Positions 48,701 to 62,410 are shown, counted from the stretch's first letter. The stretch: 64,000 nt of DNA from Gnetum montanum (GCA_015680685.1 MNCI01002706.1:613415-677414); one strand, 5' to 3'. A program made the numbers and translations. The notes: generated by a model not told the origin, from the sequence alone.

Positions 48701-51700
48701 GTTTGTCACGAAGGAGGATGGAATGCTACATCTCTGGTGTGACTACAAGTTGTTGAATAAACATACCATCAAGAACAAGTACCCACTACCATTTATTTCT
48801 GACTTGTTCAATCAATTGGCAGGGGCCCATTATTTCGCTCGGCTAGACCTTTGACAAGGGTACTATCAGGTTTGCATCGCAGAGGGGGATGAAGAAAAAA
48901 CTACCTGTAACTTGATATGGGTCATACGAGTGGATGGTGATGCCCTTTGGGCTCTGCAATGCAGCGGCTACTTTTTGTACATTGATGAATGAGATATTTC
49001 GACCGTTCCTAGATAAATTTGTGGTCGTCTATCTCAATGATATCTTGATATACAGCTGGACCATGGAGGAACATGCCATCCACCTGTAGTTAGTTCTTGA
49101 GAAGTTATAGGAAAATAAGCTATACGTTAAGAAAGAGAAATGTGAATTTTCCTGTACAGAGCTAAAATTTCTAGGACATCTCATAGGGCATGGACAAGTT
49201 AAGCCAAATTCAAAAAAGGTAGAGGTTGTACGCCAATGGCCCACTCCTACTAATGTTTACGAGGTCAGAAAGTTTATGGGGTTAGCCAACTTTTATCTTA
49301 GATTTATCAAAAATTTCTTGGGTATTGCTGCTCCCCTCACAAATTTGCAAAAAAAAAAAAGAAAAAAAAAAAGAAAACAAAGAAGTACCATGGCAGTGGG
49401 ATTCAAACTGTCAGTAGGCCTTTGACAGAATCAAAGAGGCTTTAATCTCCCATTCAGTGTTGGCATTGCCAGATTTCTCAAAATCTTTTGAGGTTCATAT
49501 TGATGTTAGTGAGGATGCAATCGGTGGCGTGTTGCTATAGGAAGGTCATCTTGTCGCTTATGAGTCCCGGAAGTTAAATCAAGTAGAGGAGAGATGGCTG
49601 GTCCATGAGAAAGAAATCTTTGCTATTGTCCATTGCTTGAGATTGTGGAGACACTACTTGTTGGGAAGTTGTGTCCATGTAAAGACTGGTAATCTGGCCA
49701 CTAGTTATTTGCTAAATCAAATGAAGCTGAGGCCCAAACAGGCATGATGGTTGGCTATGCTTTCTGAGTTTGATCTGCAATTGACCTACCACCCTGGTAA
49801 GGAGAACATGGTGGTGGATGCGTTGAGTCACTGTACTTAGGCTACCTCCCAGCTCTTTTCTACCATTGGGCCACAAACTTCACATGTTCAGTGTGATGAA
49901 GTGTTGTTGGCTCAAATCTAGGACGGTTTAAAAAGGGACCCTCACATCATTGATCTGATGAAGTTGATAGAAACTGCGTGAGCTCTGCATTTCAAAATGA
50001 GGGATGGGCTACTTTGGTTCCGTGACAACCGAATTTGTGTCTTGGATTGGGATGGCCTCCATAAGGAGATAATCCGAGAGTGCCACGACACACAATGGGT
50101 TGGGCACTTTGGATAGTAAAGAACTTTGGCACTTATCGAGAGAACCTTCTTCTGGCGAAAGATGTATTGAGATGTGATTTCCTATGTTTAGAAGTGTCTA
50201 GTGTGTCAATAGGATAAAGGTTCTACGGATTGTCTAGGTGGACTTCTGCTCCCTTTGGAAATTCCTTCATTTTCATGGCCTATGGTGACTATGGATTTCA
50301 TCACAGGACTACCGAATGTTGAAGGCTTGAGCAGCATCATTGTAGTGGTGGACAAATTTTCCAAGTTTGCCATATTTATTCCCTACCCATCTCAATGCTC
50401 AATTGAGGACACCGCAACATATGAGCATTGTATCAAATAGGGTGTTCCAATATTTCGGGTTATTTCGGGTTACCTATGAGCATTGTATCAAATCATGATC
50501 CCTGATTTACGAGTGCCTTCTGGCGAGCTTTGTTTGGCATGATGGGTAGCACCCTCAAATTATCGACAAGTTTTTATCCGCAAATAGATGGTCAAACAGA
50601 ATGGATGAATCATGTACTTGAGGAGTACCTCTAACATTATGTCCGCAGTGATCAAAAGAGTTGGCCTGTTCTATTGGGAATTGCTCAACTAAGTTACAAC
50701 ATTTAGAAGTCATCAGCTACTGGATTTTCTCCTACCAAACTGGTAATGGGAAGGCAGCCCATTACCCCTCACATGGTCTCCCTCTGTTATAGGGTTGGCA
50801 TCCCTTAGCGGATGAATTCTTGAAGGTGTGGTGCGAAAATGTTGAAATTGCAAGAAATTATCTAGAGAGGGTAGTGCAGCATATGAAAAAGTATGTTGAT
50901 CGAAAATGCTAGCACCATGAATTTAAGGTGGGAGATTAGGTTCTCTTAAAATTGGACTAGCGTCAGTTTAAGTCGAAACAGGGAACTACCTTCAAATTGA
51001 TGAGGCGGTATGATGGTTCCTTTTGGATCATTGATAAAATTAACCCTATGATGTATAAGCTTTAGCTACCTATCAATATGGACAGAGTCCATCTAGTTTT
51101 TCATGTCAGCATACTGAAGCCATTGCTTGATGGGTTCCCCTATCTTGAAAGAAGCCTCTCGATCCAAGAGTGACCTTGTATGCAATCTATATAGGGAAAG
51201 AGAGCAGACTACATTTGAAACTTCCAGACCATTGGCCATGGTGCAAATTTGAAAGTGGAATTTTTCATCTAGTGGAAACACCGTTCTAACTCAGATGATA
51301 ATTGGGAACCATTGGAGCGTTTGAGGTCCCAAGAAAACTTAATCTTGAACTTTTGTTGGGAGCAAGCGATCGACCTCCTGCCTTGGCTGTTCTGATGATG
51401 GATGGAGAAACCTTCCATAAAAAAATAAAAAGAAAGAAAGAAAGAAGAATTGGAAGAGGCATGGCATGTGGTGCCTCACAGGATCCAAGAGCGAATTCCT
51501 ATGAGAGCCTGCCTCAAATAGGGAGAAGATGCCTGGAGCTTTTCGAAGTGCTCTATAGGCGATTGGGCTTAAGTTTCACATAGAAAAGGAGCTACGCTGA
51601 TCTTGAGACCCCTAGACCTTTGGGTACAAGCGAGTTGGGGGACACCCTGGGATTTGTACATCCCTAGGTTGGTGTGTTTTGTCATGTCACAATGACAAAC

Positions 51701-53449
51701 CACTTGACGTCCTTCCATAGTCTTGCATCTCAGGCTAGATGTGGAAGGATGGACAAGCCAAGTCTTGAGGGGTAACACTCTTGACTTGGGTATTAGATGC
51801 TATGATGAGTTCGAATCTTAGGAAGATGGTCAAGTTCAACAAAAATGCTTTAAGGCCTTAGGCCTTAGCAGTTGGACCTTCTAGAACCTAAGGTTGTTTT
51901 AGACTTGACTCAGAATAGCATGAGCTTACCTCCTTGGAATTGACAGAATCCTGCCTTGGTTTTGTTGTAGCTTTCTTGTGGGTTACCTAGGCTATGCTCC
52001 GAGGTCGTTGCTCATTTTAAGTGGGGTAGGATTGTGAGGGAGGTAGTAGGTTTGGTGGTGGCCTGCTACCTTCTGCATAGTTTGGGGGCCATGGGGGCAC
52101 AAGGAGTTCTTTGCTCCTTGTGTCTTTGGAACCATACTGGCATGGTAGTTTCATGCAATAGTAAGAGGAGGCCACGACCTTCCTCATTACCCCACTTGGT
52201 AGGACTTTGCTTGGGAGGGTTGTGTAGTTCAATTTTATGTTGGGGGTTGATGAGTCGCAAGGTACCCCTACAGTCAACCATACGAATACGAGCGTTCACG
52301 CACGATTTGGTCGAACTTTGTGGACAGGCTAGTTGTGGTATCTAGATAGTTACACGTTGATCATAGTTCGTTGTCTTCCCACTTGGACTAGTATTTGCTT
52401 TGTCACGTATGGTTTAGTCCAGAGTGAGGCGTATGATGTGATCCTAAACTAGTGTTACTCCTAGAGGCAATGGAAAATAATCTTAATTAAACTAATGAGC
52501 AATAGGAAATGAAGTCTAAGCTAGCCTAAGTGCGATGAACATCCGTTCCTTAATCATCCGTACACATCTTGGACCTCGTGCACGACTACTACTGGGATTA
52601 CCAAGCGTAGATCCTAGGTATGCTGCTGGGTTACCAAGTAGTCACACTTAAATACTCGTGATTAAGTTGTACTCATTCCGCAGTTAACAACAAGAATAGT
52701 AAATGATGGTAAAGAAATATTAACTAAGAAAACAATGAATAGCAATAACAATTAAATAATTAAAACTAAGTGAATGCTGCAATGATGAAGTAATCTTGAT
52801 CTTTATTTTCGGTCATGTGCATGTCCAAGTACGTCACACTCAAATAAAGGTGCCATACAATTACAAGCATCACACTGCGGGCATGCACTTGGGAAAATAG
52901 TCTAACTCCTACGGAAACAAAATGCAAGATCTTCGCTACGACTACTAGAAGGATACCTAAGTGTGGCGGAGGGCCACTTATTTATAGGCTAAAATAGGCT
53001 CTGCGTAAACGGGGCCACGTCGACGCGGCCGCGTATACAGGGCCCCGTATACGCAGCCTAGTCGATGCATCAACTGCTTAGCACTTCATTAGGGGTGTTA
53101 ATCGGGTGTGTCATGGGACATGCTATGGGATGTTGTGTGTGCTCATAAGAGCACGACACCAACTACTATTAGCACATGGTGATGAATTTGGAGGGTTCAG
53201 CTGGTAGTCCCCCGTGGTGTCCATGTGAGTGGAGCAAGGGAGTGCTATCTAGCTAGTTAGGATAATGTGTATATTGGATTTGAAACACTGCTTAGGATGC
53301 ATGCTAACACTAACATGTTGTTTGTTGGCATGTGTTTTAGGATTGCTGGGTTGTTGAGGCATATTCCTCTTGAGTTTCGTCCTGATTTAGAATCTGCTTG
53401 GGAAACTCTTGGGGTGCTGGACAACGTTCTCAGGGACAATGTTGTTACA
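45734..53449 (+). mobile_element. Full-length Ty3/gypsy chromovirus (Galadriel-like), decayed
   Basis: 5-bp TSD CCAAG (45729-45733, 53450-53454); LTRs 45734-46295 and 52033-53449 (TG..CA); PBS tggtattagagc 46298; PPT ~52019; gag CFLCRGNHLARNC; protease ALIDNGAS; [14 protein letters not shown]; RNase H AYESRKLN..HEKE; integrase TMDFITGLP; chromodomain EFFI*WKHRSNSDDNWEP ~51260. Confidence 0.93.
52248..53091 (-). mobile_element. Solo LTR (Athila-related) nested in the chromovirus 3' LTR
   Basis: TGATGA...TCATTA termini and TSD GGGGT (52243-52247, 53092-53096); removing it restores colinearity with the 5' LTR; shares blocks (tacacatc, ctgggttaccaag, aaactaag...tgcaatga) with LTR 21102-22019. 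Confidence 0.85.
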
Positions 53450-54639
53450 CCAAGTCTGGCTTTTCATTAACATGGTATATTTTGCTTTTATTGATTCATA
53501 CCAATCTTTATTTTGCAAGGCTTCTTGCACACTCACGGGTTTTCCTACTCCTAATATCATGACATGCTTTGTATTTGTCCTTTGTGTTATAAGCTTTTTT
53601 GTTTTTTAAACTCAAAACACCTACTTGCTTGTCAAGACTTTCATTTGTGGAGTGGGTTTAATAGGGTCCTAAGTTTGATTTTCATCAACATGTTATTTTT
53701 AGCATTTATTGCTTTATATCAATCTTTATTTTGCAAGGCTTCTTACACACTCATGGGTTTTGTTACTTTTAATATTATATATGACTGAGTCATGTCAGAA
53801 TGGTCTGATGAACTAAACAGCTTCCCACTTTTTAATCCATTTATGTGTTCCAACTTTGCTGGTCATGAATCTTTTAACTAATTTTTAACACACAAAAGTT
53901 GCTGATGTATGGTACAATCTAAGCAAAATCAAAGAAACATTACAAAATTTACCTTCTTACTTTTTTTTCTATGACCTCAAACATCATGTTTGCAACCCGA
54001 AACTCCTATAGCTCCCATTTCAAGACTTCCATAAACTTTGTTATATGCAAAATCACACCTATGTACTATTGAAGCTTGGTCTGATACCATTGTCTTGGAG
54101 AAAAAAAAAAAAAACAGTGGAACAAATAGACTAGAAAATTGATAGCATGCAAGAGAATACACAATGAAAACACTGCCAAAAAATCCTAAAGATAATGAAT
54201 GAAATGGAAAACCAAGACTAGAATAAGAACAATGTTGATGCAAAAGAGCAAATAAAAAACCAAGGTTTATGAGGTAAACCCTTAAAGAACAGAGTGAAAT
54301 TTGGCTTGATAGTGGATTGCTTCATCAAAAGCACGATCTATTCTTTGTGTTTGTGACAATCCAATAAGTTCTTCAGGTGAAAAAACATTGAACATTACAT
54401 CATTCTAAATGAGCACTCTCAAGGTCATTTGTCATATAATAAGTTCTATATGTTTTTCACAAATATGTACTTGAGATTGAGATCCATATTATACGGGGAA
54501 CTAAATTAAACACATATATGATATAGTTTTTGTATTCTTACGTCGATACAAGCTGGAAGAGGGGGAAAGCAAGTTGGAATGAAAGCTAGGTTAGCCTACA
54601 AGACCATATTTACCAATTAAACAAGAGAGCTACAAGATT

Positions 54640-55443
54640 TAGCTTTACATTCATAACATAGATTCCTCCTCCAAAATGTAACCGGTAAGTGTAAGTTCCC
54701 TTTAAGTATTATAAAGTCCATTTCACTACAGCTGAATATGTTGAGCCTAGATTACTTATGAATTGGCTTACGATACGAACACCCTGCACAGAGTCCACAA
54801 TGTTGAATGCTTGTTTTTATCTTTATATACTTCACTTTTAGTAACTTCTAATTTGGGGACAAGTTTAATGAATATTTATTAAATTTTGTCAACAAGGATT
54901 AAAATTGTTATTATAGTTTAATATTTTGTAATATATAATTTTGATTTTTGAATTTCTTATCTGAAATAAACTATAAATATTTTAGTTTATTATTTTGGAA
55001 TTTTTTTTGGTAAACGTTGCCATTTTTGTACTTTTCAAAAAAGTCAGCACCAACCTTTTAATTATTGATTTGATCATTCCAGAACTTATAATTATGTTTC
55101 ATAAGTTATTGATTTTTAGGACTACATTTTGTAGATTAATAATGCGCCCCTCCACATTTATCTATATTCTTCATGTCATCTGATGGGGTTGCCTAGTCTC
55201 TTCTTCTTTGCTGTACCTGGCTTTGATACCATGTGATCCTGTAAGCAACTTTTTTTTTACAAGGATAAATATATTTTTGAAATCAGTCAATGCATTGAAA
55301 CCATGAATGAAGAGAAAGATGGAAATTGGCTCGAAGACGACTTTTGATGCGAAGTTGTGTAACATGCACAAATAACCATAATTGCTATTGATGTAAAAAA
55401 GCCTTTCAAACTGTCTTACCCTCTTGTGATGGGAATCGTCACG
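54640..55443 (-). mobile_element. Further Ty1/copia fragments (RT/RNase H junction; PBS plus a short LTR-like segment)
   Basis: VRIVSQFISNLGSTYSAVVKWTL*YLKGT at 54690-54790 minus; gctttgatacca (reverse-complement Met PBS) at 55220-55231 followed by tgtga...tcacg at 55232-55443. Confidence 0.5.
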
Positions 55444-56826
55444 TTTTAATTCTTGGATTACATAACTCATCAATTTACATAATAAATTGTTGTGAAGAAA
55501 TGAATTTGAAATAACTTTTGCAAAACAAAAACATAATTTTGAAAAAAAAAACATAATAAATACCAGAAAAAGCTAAACTTTGGAAGTTGTTCAAACCAAT
55601 GCACTTGCTTCAACTTGTTGGTCTTTACCTTTATGATCTGTTTGGAATACAAATTCTTTGGGAAACAATCCATGTCTATTCCTTTGCAACACTTGAATGA
55701 TTGAATGAAGTTACTGTTAATATGTTGATATCCTTTTGGTTTTATTCAACTTTTTGGGGAAGTTGGTGAATTGGATTGCTCTCTTGGATGAGCACCTTTT
55801 TGTATCCATTGATGAGGCATCAAGTGGCCGTTTTATATCTCTATGTAAGCCCAAATGCATGGATTTATTTGTGTGCACTTAAACTTATAGTTTGGGCTTA
55901 TTTCAGAAGTATGGTGATGTATACTTGGTGCGCTCAAAATTATCTTTGATTTTTGATTTCGTTTAATGTAAGAGCTTCTCCTCCTCTCTTGGGTAAGGGT
56001 GCACTTTATTTTCTTTGGTATTTCTGAGTCATCTCTTCACTGTGCAGTGAGACTCTATCCCAATGCTACCATGCTTTTGCAGGTCAGAATCATTTGGTTG
56101 ACATAGTTAAGTGTTTGCGTGATGAATAAAGCTCATTTTGGTTTCCTTAAATTTTCTAATTTTATTTTATTGAACCTTGACAAAGACATCTCATTAATAA
56201 ATTTATTTAATTTCATTGTTATAGATAGATTAATATAGTTGTGTAGAGCTTTGCGATGATTTTGCCTTTTCCAAAGAGGTCATACCTACATGGAATAGTT
56301 TTGGGCTATCGAGGGTGTGATTGAGAAGATTTTATTGCTTTTGTGTGTCAATGTCACACTTGTCCCATAAGGGATTGCAGAGAATATGCATGTGTTACAT
56401 CATATCTATGTTGTGCTTGTCCCGTAAGGGACTGTAATGTGAAGGTGTGTTTTATTTTTTCGTGTATGAATGTTATACCTATCGCGTAATGGATTGCAAG
56501 GAGTTTAATTATTATTTTATTATTTATATTTACATAAAATTATAAAAAATATAAAAATATCATTTTCTTGTGGCAACATAGGTTCTTGCACTTGTATCAT
56601 ATGTATCATAATATTTTTATTTATTAAATGCAACGATATCCACAAGTAAACTTTGCAATTCACATTCTTGTTGTCTCTTATGCTTATGACTTGTTTGCTA
56701 CACATATTGTTGATAGACCCCTAGTGATCTCGGCCATGGGGCCCTATCATTGGCACTATTATCATGGAAGGCATTTGTGAATTACTTGTTTTACTTGTAC
56801 ATTCACGAATTTTCTTTTATTTCCTT

Positions 56827-59800
56827 TTTTTGCAGAAAATTCGGGAAGTTTATTAGAAAAATGCATCAACGAGTATGTACAGCATGTTTTCCATTAAGGC
56901 TTGGAGCCAGAGGGATCCAACACCTCCCAACCCCCACAAAATGGGGATACAGAAAACTCCCCTCCCCCTCGCCTCCCCTCCCCAACCCCCCAAAACAACC
57001 CCACAAAATCAGGGTAGTCGATGCCCGTACCCCCCAAGACAACCCCCCAAAACCCATCACCATAGAACTAATGGCCAATGTCAAAATGACATTCAAAAGA
57101 CAAGGCAGTCAACCCCTTCCCCTACCCAATTCCCTAGCTAGACAAGAAATTAGATTATCTGACCAAAACCGCACCACCCCCTCCCCAAGAATCTCATTGC
57201 ACGCAATTATAAGCAATTTGGCAGTTGAGTGCATGTACAAAAGGCCCGCTCTTGGGCATGCACTGCGCCCAACACATCATGATGCCTCTCTGAGTCCACA
57301 AAAGCCGTAGCCTCTTGGAAAGACTTAAACACTTGTTCCTTCCTAGCATGCTCAGTGGTTGTCCCTTTTCCATCCGGGTGTAGATCGTGCCCTTTATGCC
57401 TAATATGCCATCTAAGCGCATGCCAATTTGTATTGCACCCAATGTTTAGCACACGTAGGGGCAACACCCTTGCCATAACCACATACACATACCTTGTTCA
57501 TGGGTGCAATCCAGCTGTAGCTAAATCTAGGTGGCCTCCTCCTCCTCCCTAGCACACTGCTCTTGCTCCGCCTTATCTTGCAACTCGTGGAGCCATGCCT
57601 CCTCTTGGAGTTGTGCCCTTATTATCTCCTGTAGCTCCAACTCCAAGGTATTTCTAGTTGCGGCCTCAACGAGATCGCGTTGTCTTTGCACTTCTCACAT
57701 GGCCTCCTCTTGCTACCTCCTAAAGTCTTCCTCTTGTTCCGCCCATTGATGTAGCTAGATTGACCTCTCCTCCTAAAGCTTCAATGAATGCATAACTTCC
57801 TGCATCAACAGAATTTGATCTTGGATGTATCTACCCTAAACAAAACCCGCTTGGTTGGGCCCCACCAAACATGGCATGAGAGGCCGCATCCTAGCCACCA
57901 ACATTTTTGTGAAAAGGCATAATAGGAAGTTGCAGATCCCAATTGGTCTGAATTGCAAAGGATTTGTAGGACAATTAGACTTCAATATCATCACAATTCA
58001 AGAACAGTTAATTTCTTTGCGAACTTGTCGTCACCTTAGCATCTTGTTGAAAGCATCCAATAGATTCTCCCCCATAACATTGATGAAAGCTTTAAAGTAT
58101 TCCATTGGCCAGCCATTCGGCCTAGGCACTTTGTTGGGTTTCATTGAATCCAAAGCCTCCTCTAACTCCCGTCTAGAGAAGGGGGCCAAAAGTTGCTAAT
58201 TGTCCTCATCTGACAAAATCGACTGAATCGAAATAGAAAGGGGATTCACTGGCCTTTTCCCCCAAAGCTTGGACCAAAACTCAAGGAGAATCTTCGCAAT
58301 CCCTTGACCATCATTAGTGTCCTGATCCTATGCAGTGAGATTGTGAATCTTCTTAGACAAATTTGCTAAGTTGGCTGCTATGAAGAAAAACTATGTATTT
58401 CTGTCCACATCCTTCAACCACCTCTATCTACCCGCTGCCTCTAGTAAGCCTCTACATCCTTCTTTAACTCATGGATCCGTGCCAAGACTACACCTTCCAC
58501 CTTATTTAAATCCTTTCCCACCTCCTGCTCTTTTTGAATTTTTGAGAGACGTTGCAAGAGTTCCCCCCAGATCGATTGAAAAGAGTATCTATTCGCTCCA
58601 ATCAACTTCCTCAATGCCTGCTTGAGCTGAGACAACTCCCTCTTTAAAAATTCTCGAGGCTCCACTCTCTTCGAGCAAGACCCCCAAATATTCTCCAGCA
58701 ACAGCAGTAGCCATGGCTTATGAATCTAGTATCGCTCGAATTGAAAAGAAGCTGCCCTCCTCGGGGAGGTGTCACCCATGCAACATAGAATAGACCAATG
58801 ATCCAAAGCCACTCGCTCTTGCCCTTTTGCCACCACCCCTTGGTCATCAGAATTTGGAAGTTGACCCACACCCGATCAATTTTTGTCATAATCCACTCCC
58901 TTTCCCACCGCCAATTACTCCATGTGAATTGACATCCACGAGGTCATGGTTGCCAAGGAACTATAGAAATTCCTATGTGCTCGGAGGGTCTTGAGCATCC
59001 CGATCTGGTTTATCCCCACCCGTAGAGCCTTTGGTTGAAATTGCCAATGAGGATCCAATGTTTCCTCTCAATGTTGGGCCCCATAGAAGTTCGTGAGCTA
59101 GAGCTTAGAATCTATGAGGAGCACTGTGATGCTCCACTACCACCTATCCATCAACTCAAAATGCCCACAGGAGAGTAAGGCCAATCAACCAACACATCCC
59201 CAACACTCAACAGTTTGAACCTTCCACCTCGACCATTGAAGCTAGTGAGACTCTAGAGTTTGGTTTCCTGCAAACAAACAACATCACACTTTTCTCTATA
59301 CACCATTTCTTTTAGGGTACTTCGTTTATAAGGGGTACCCTGTCCTCTGCAATTCCATGAGAGGATCCTCATGGTTGGCTTGGAGTACATTTTCAGTAAA
59401 CCTCCTTGAGGGTGGGCTGCACCCCCAAGTCAACCTCCAATTGTGTTTGCTTTTGCCAAGACACAAGGCCTAAAGGGCGACCCACCTTGGTCACCTCTAG
59501 GGAAACTGGAAAAAGGGATTTAGCCTTGACACCCATTTTTGTAATTTCCGCCACGAGAGGTAAGGTACCCCTTGGATAACTGTCACCCAATTCGAAAGAG
59601 TGGGGAGCTCCACCCTTGACCCTCTTCCTGCCCCCGAGTCACCCTTCATAGGGGAGCCTAAAGACCCCAAGGAACCACCCAAACTAGCCGATTTTGGAGA
59701 CTACAATGACTCCAACAACCCCAACGATCTTGGCGACCTTGGTGGGGATTGCCCAACAACAGCCTGCACAACAAACTTCACAGCCGGACTCGAGACTGAA

Positions 59801-61056
59801 GGCCCATTAGCAAGTGGCTCCTACCCCAAGTCACCACCATTTGCACCCACTAGCACTCTTCTATCAGCCCCTTTCCGCTTTGTGCCCTTGGTTGTTCCCC
59901 CAAGGGGCCATGCACCTTGAGCCCTTGACTAGGGTCCTAGAGCCTCCTGACCACCAAATTTCTCCCCTTGAAATGATCCTCGGGCCCCCACCCCCAAGCC
60001 ATCTGCACCTTGAGGTAGCCCCCTTAGGGGCCTCCCCTTTCAGGTGACAAACATCCAGCCATCCCCCCCTTTCTTGGGGCCTAGAGACTTCTGAGCCACC
60101 TTGCACTCTACAATTTGGTGGCTTGCTTTACCACAAGACCCATAGTGTCGAACTCCTATGGCCTTGTTTGCCTATGGAATTGTGGTCACATTTTCATATT
60201 CAATATGCACCTTCTCCTCCCCCAAGGGGAGATCAATGACAACTTCCTTAATCAAGTCCCCTAGGGACAATGACTACCAAATGTAGAACCTGGTGAAGCC
60301 CATTTGTTCCAATGACCTTGTGGCGTGATCAAAAGAAATTAAGTCTCCAAAAAACCCAACAAAAGTTTTAAGAAACTCTGCTGTCCAAATTTCCCATAGG
60401 ATCCCGATGTCTGGATCCACATAGGAGCCCTCAAAAAGAGATTCGGGTTGCGATGGGCACTCAACTACCAATGTGTTAGGGCCAGGCCTTGTGTGCCAAA
60501 AAACCATGGATCCCTCATTTAAACCTTGTCCTTGTTGGACTTTGTTGCGAAAACGAAGAGAAAGAAACTCCCGAGGAGCCTGCAAACCTTTGTAGGACCA
60601 GGCCCCCACCATGGTCACCCATTTCTTCACCAAATCTAAACTAGGGGCCACCCTTGCAAAAAAAAAAAAAAAAAAAAAAAAAAAACTTGCTAATGAGACT
60701 GCGTTCAACTGTTTGCAACCCCACCTTGGATGGGGCCATGTGGAGCCTCATCCCACCATCCATTTGCACGCACTCCTCAATGCCCCCATCACTAGGGTGC
60801 CAAGAAGGCCAACCCTGAAACTTGGCAACCTCCCTCGTTGTCCCCATTGGCAAAGCCCTTGATCCACCACCTTCACTTTAAGCCACATGCCCACACTCGA
60901 ACTGCCAACTGTAGCAGCACCACCCTCGCCTCCACCTCTGCTTGCGCCTGCACCAGCCTAGACATCCTTGCCACATTCGCTTCCTTTGTCGAGACCATGT
61001 GCTGCATCTCTAAGATCCGCCTTTGCCATGCTCCCACCCATTTGGTTCTTCACATA
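56827..61056 (-). mobile_element. LINE copy F: 5'-complete, internally deleted (RT start fused to the coiled coil), HPD J-domain
   Basis: Degenerate TSD aattttcttttatttcctt (56808) / aattttcttttcttttctt (61057); poly(A); ORF1 (GILWEIWTAEFLKTFVGFFG; VQPTLKEVY); APE MRILSWNC; RT to MQEVMHSL ~57785, then coiled coil and J-domain. Confidence 0.9.
57267..57463 (-). pseudogene. J-domain (HPD intact) of LINE copy F
   Basis: CPYV-(1-nt frameshift)-LNIGCNTNWHALRWHIRHKGHDLHPDGKGTTTEHARKEQVFKSFQEATAFVDSERHHDVLG (ORF 57207-57488); HPD at 57372-57380. Confidence 0.85.
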
Positions 61057-61837
61057 AATTTTCTTTTCTTTTCTTAGGTGTTGATTTTGTAGAAAATAAA
61101 GGACCAAATCAATCATGGCTAAATTGAACAATGAAAACAAATTGAAGCAAAAGCCTTATTTGGTCCAAATCACCTTTAAAAACATGGTGAATAAAGCATC
61201 ACCTATTGTGGTGAAATTTCATCAGGACAAACTAGGATGATGGCACAATGGACATGGAAGATTTTGCAAAGAACCTAGGGAAGCTACACCTGCCGCCTTT
61301 GAGGAGGCTTTATCCAATCAAGGGCTCCATCGAGGATTTGACATATTACAAATCCATATTGCCCCAACAATTAGATTATGTTGCTAATGAGAAGCAAGAG
61401 CTTCGTGATATGATTGTGGAGCAAGAGTAGGAGCACATACATGCTGAGCAAGTAGAACTTCTCTTAGAGACTCTTATTGCTACAACATGAATGATTCTAG
61501 GGGAAGGAGGTCCATGCATCTTCGGCTATGGTGCTTGAGCTATATTTGTAGTGATCTGAAGTAGTTTATCATTCCACATTTATCTTACCTTCATTTGAAT
61601 GGAGGTTTTGATGCCTTGGATGAGCCATTGTTTCCATGGACCTACTAGGGTCAAATTCATGAAGAGAAGAGAAGAAAGAAAAGGAAAAGGAAAAGGAAAA
61701 GATAAGAAATAAGAAAAAAAAAACAATAAAAGAGAATTTTAGAAAAGAAAGAAAGAAAGAAAAAAAGATCCCTTGTGGAGTGTGGTGAATGCTCTAATGC
61801 TCCGAGCTAATTGAATTGTTGAATGGGGATCTAGTGT

Positions 61838-62410
61838 AACACCCATCCATAGGAAGCAAGAGTTAACACTTAAGGCCCCCGACAAGCTAGCTGAAAATGC
61901 AAGGGTAAAACATTTTTTTTTTCCAAATAGTTGATCAATTATCAGAAATTCAACTTGCATATAGACTGACATAGACAACTATTTTTTAAAATAAAGCATC
62001 ACAAAGAAAATTGTATGATGCAAAGGATGACCCAATGATCTAGAGGGAAGAGAATGCCAATATAAGGATTGACATTTCTTAATACAATATGCATCCAAGG
62101 TGCAGTACAAAAGCAAAAACATCTAGAACTTAAAATCATATCCACAGCCATCTAACTTAGCAAAAAGCCAATTAATTCAATTCTTTCACTTACATCAATC
62201 TCTACATATATTCACAATATCATTGCCAATGATGCAATATTTAAGTTTCAACAAGCAAGAAAACTTAGAAACTAAATTGTACACATTAATAAACTTATTC
62301 ACATAGACAGTTGGACAAGAATCACAAGAATCTTATGAATCAGTAGTTTACAAATCAAATTATCAAAACTCTTAACAAAAGAATTGAAAACAACTACATC
62401 TAGTGTTAAT
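61838..62410. repeat. Dispersed AT-rich repeat, copy 2 (similar to 29800-30490)
   Basis: Colinear sequence match; this copy lacks ~110 bp present at ~30160-30275. Confidence 0.85.

Larger units (their letters stand above)
42060..54090 (-). mobile_element. Ty1/copia remnant (RT/RNase H with internal segment duplications), interrupted by LINE copy E and the chromovirus
   Basis: QLIDGFTMPL ~42110; FEMLGLGLLSYFLGFEI ~43130; SLYGLKQAP ~43570; QLDVKTTFLNGNLQE ~45500; KPVSVQEALQNKDW ~53520; PBS-Met tggtatcagac ~54080. Confidence 0.8.

Noticed and set aside
56355-56500. Short repeated palindromic motif (cttgtcccataagggattgca / cttgtcccgtaagggactgta)
   Set aside because: Only two to three degenerate copies and no termini or TSD, so it cannot be classified.
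56750-57310. 186-aa Pro-rich plus-strand ORF and similar antisense ORFs over the LINE copies
   Set aside because: Antisense to the G/T-rich LINE 3'UTR, not conserved between copies, and compositional in origin.
61151-61240. KPYLVQ...VVKFHQDKLG, a faint J-domain-like string outside any LINE copy
   Set aside because: The PY-to-H spacing is too short, the motif is HQD rather than HPD, a stop follows immediately, and there is no helix III match; probably chance.
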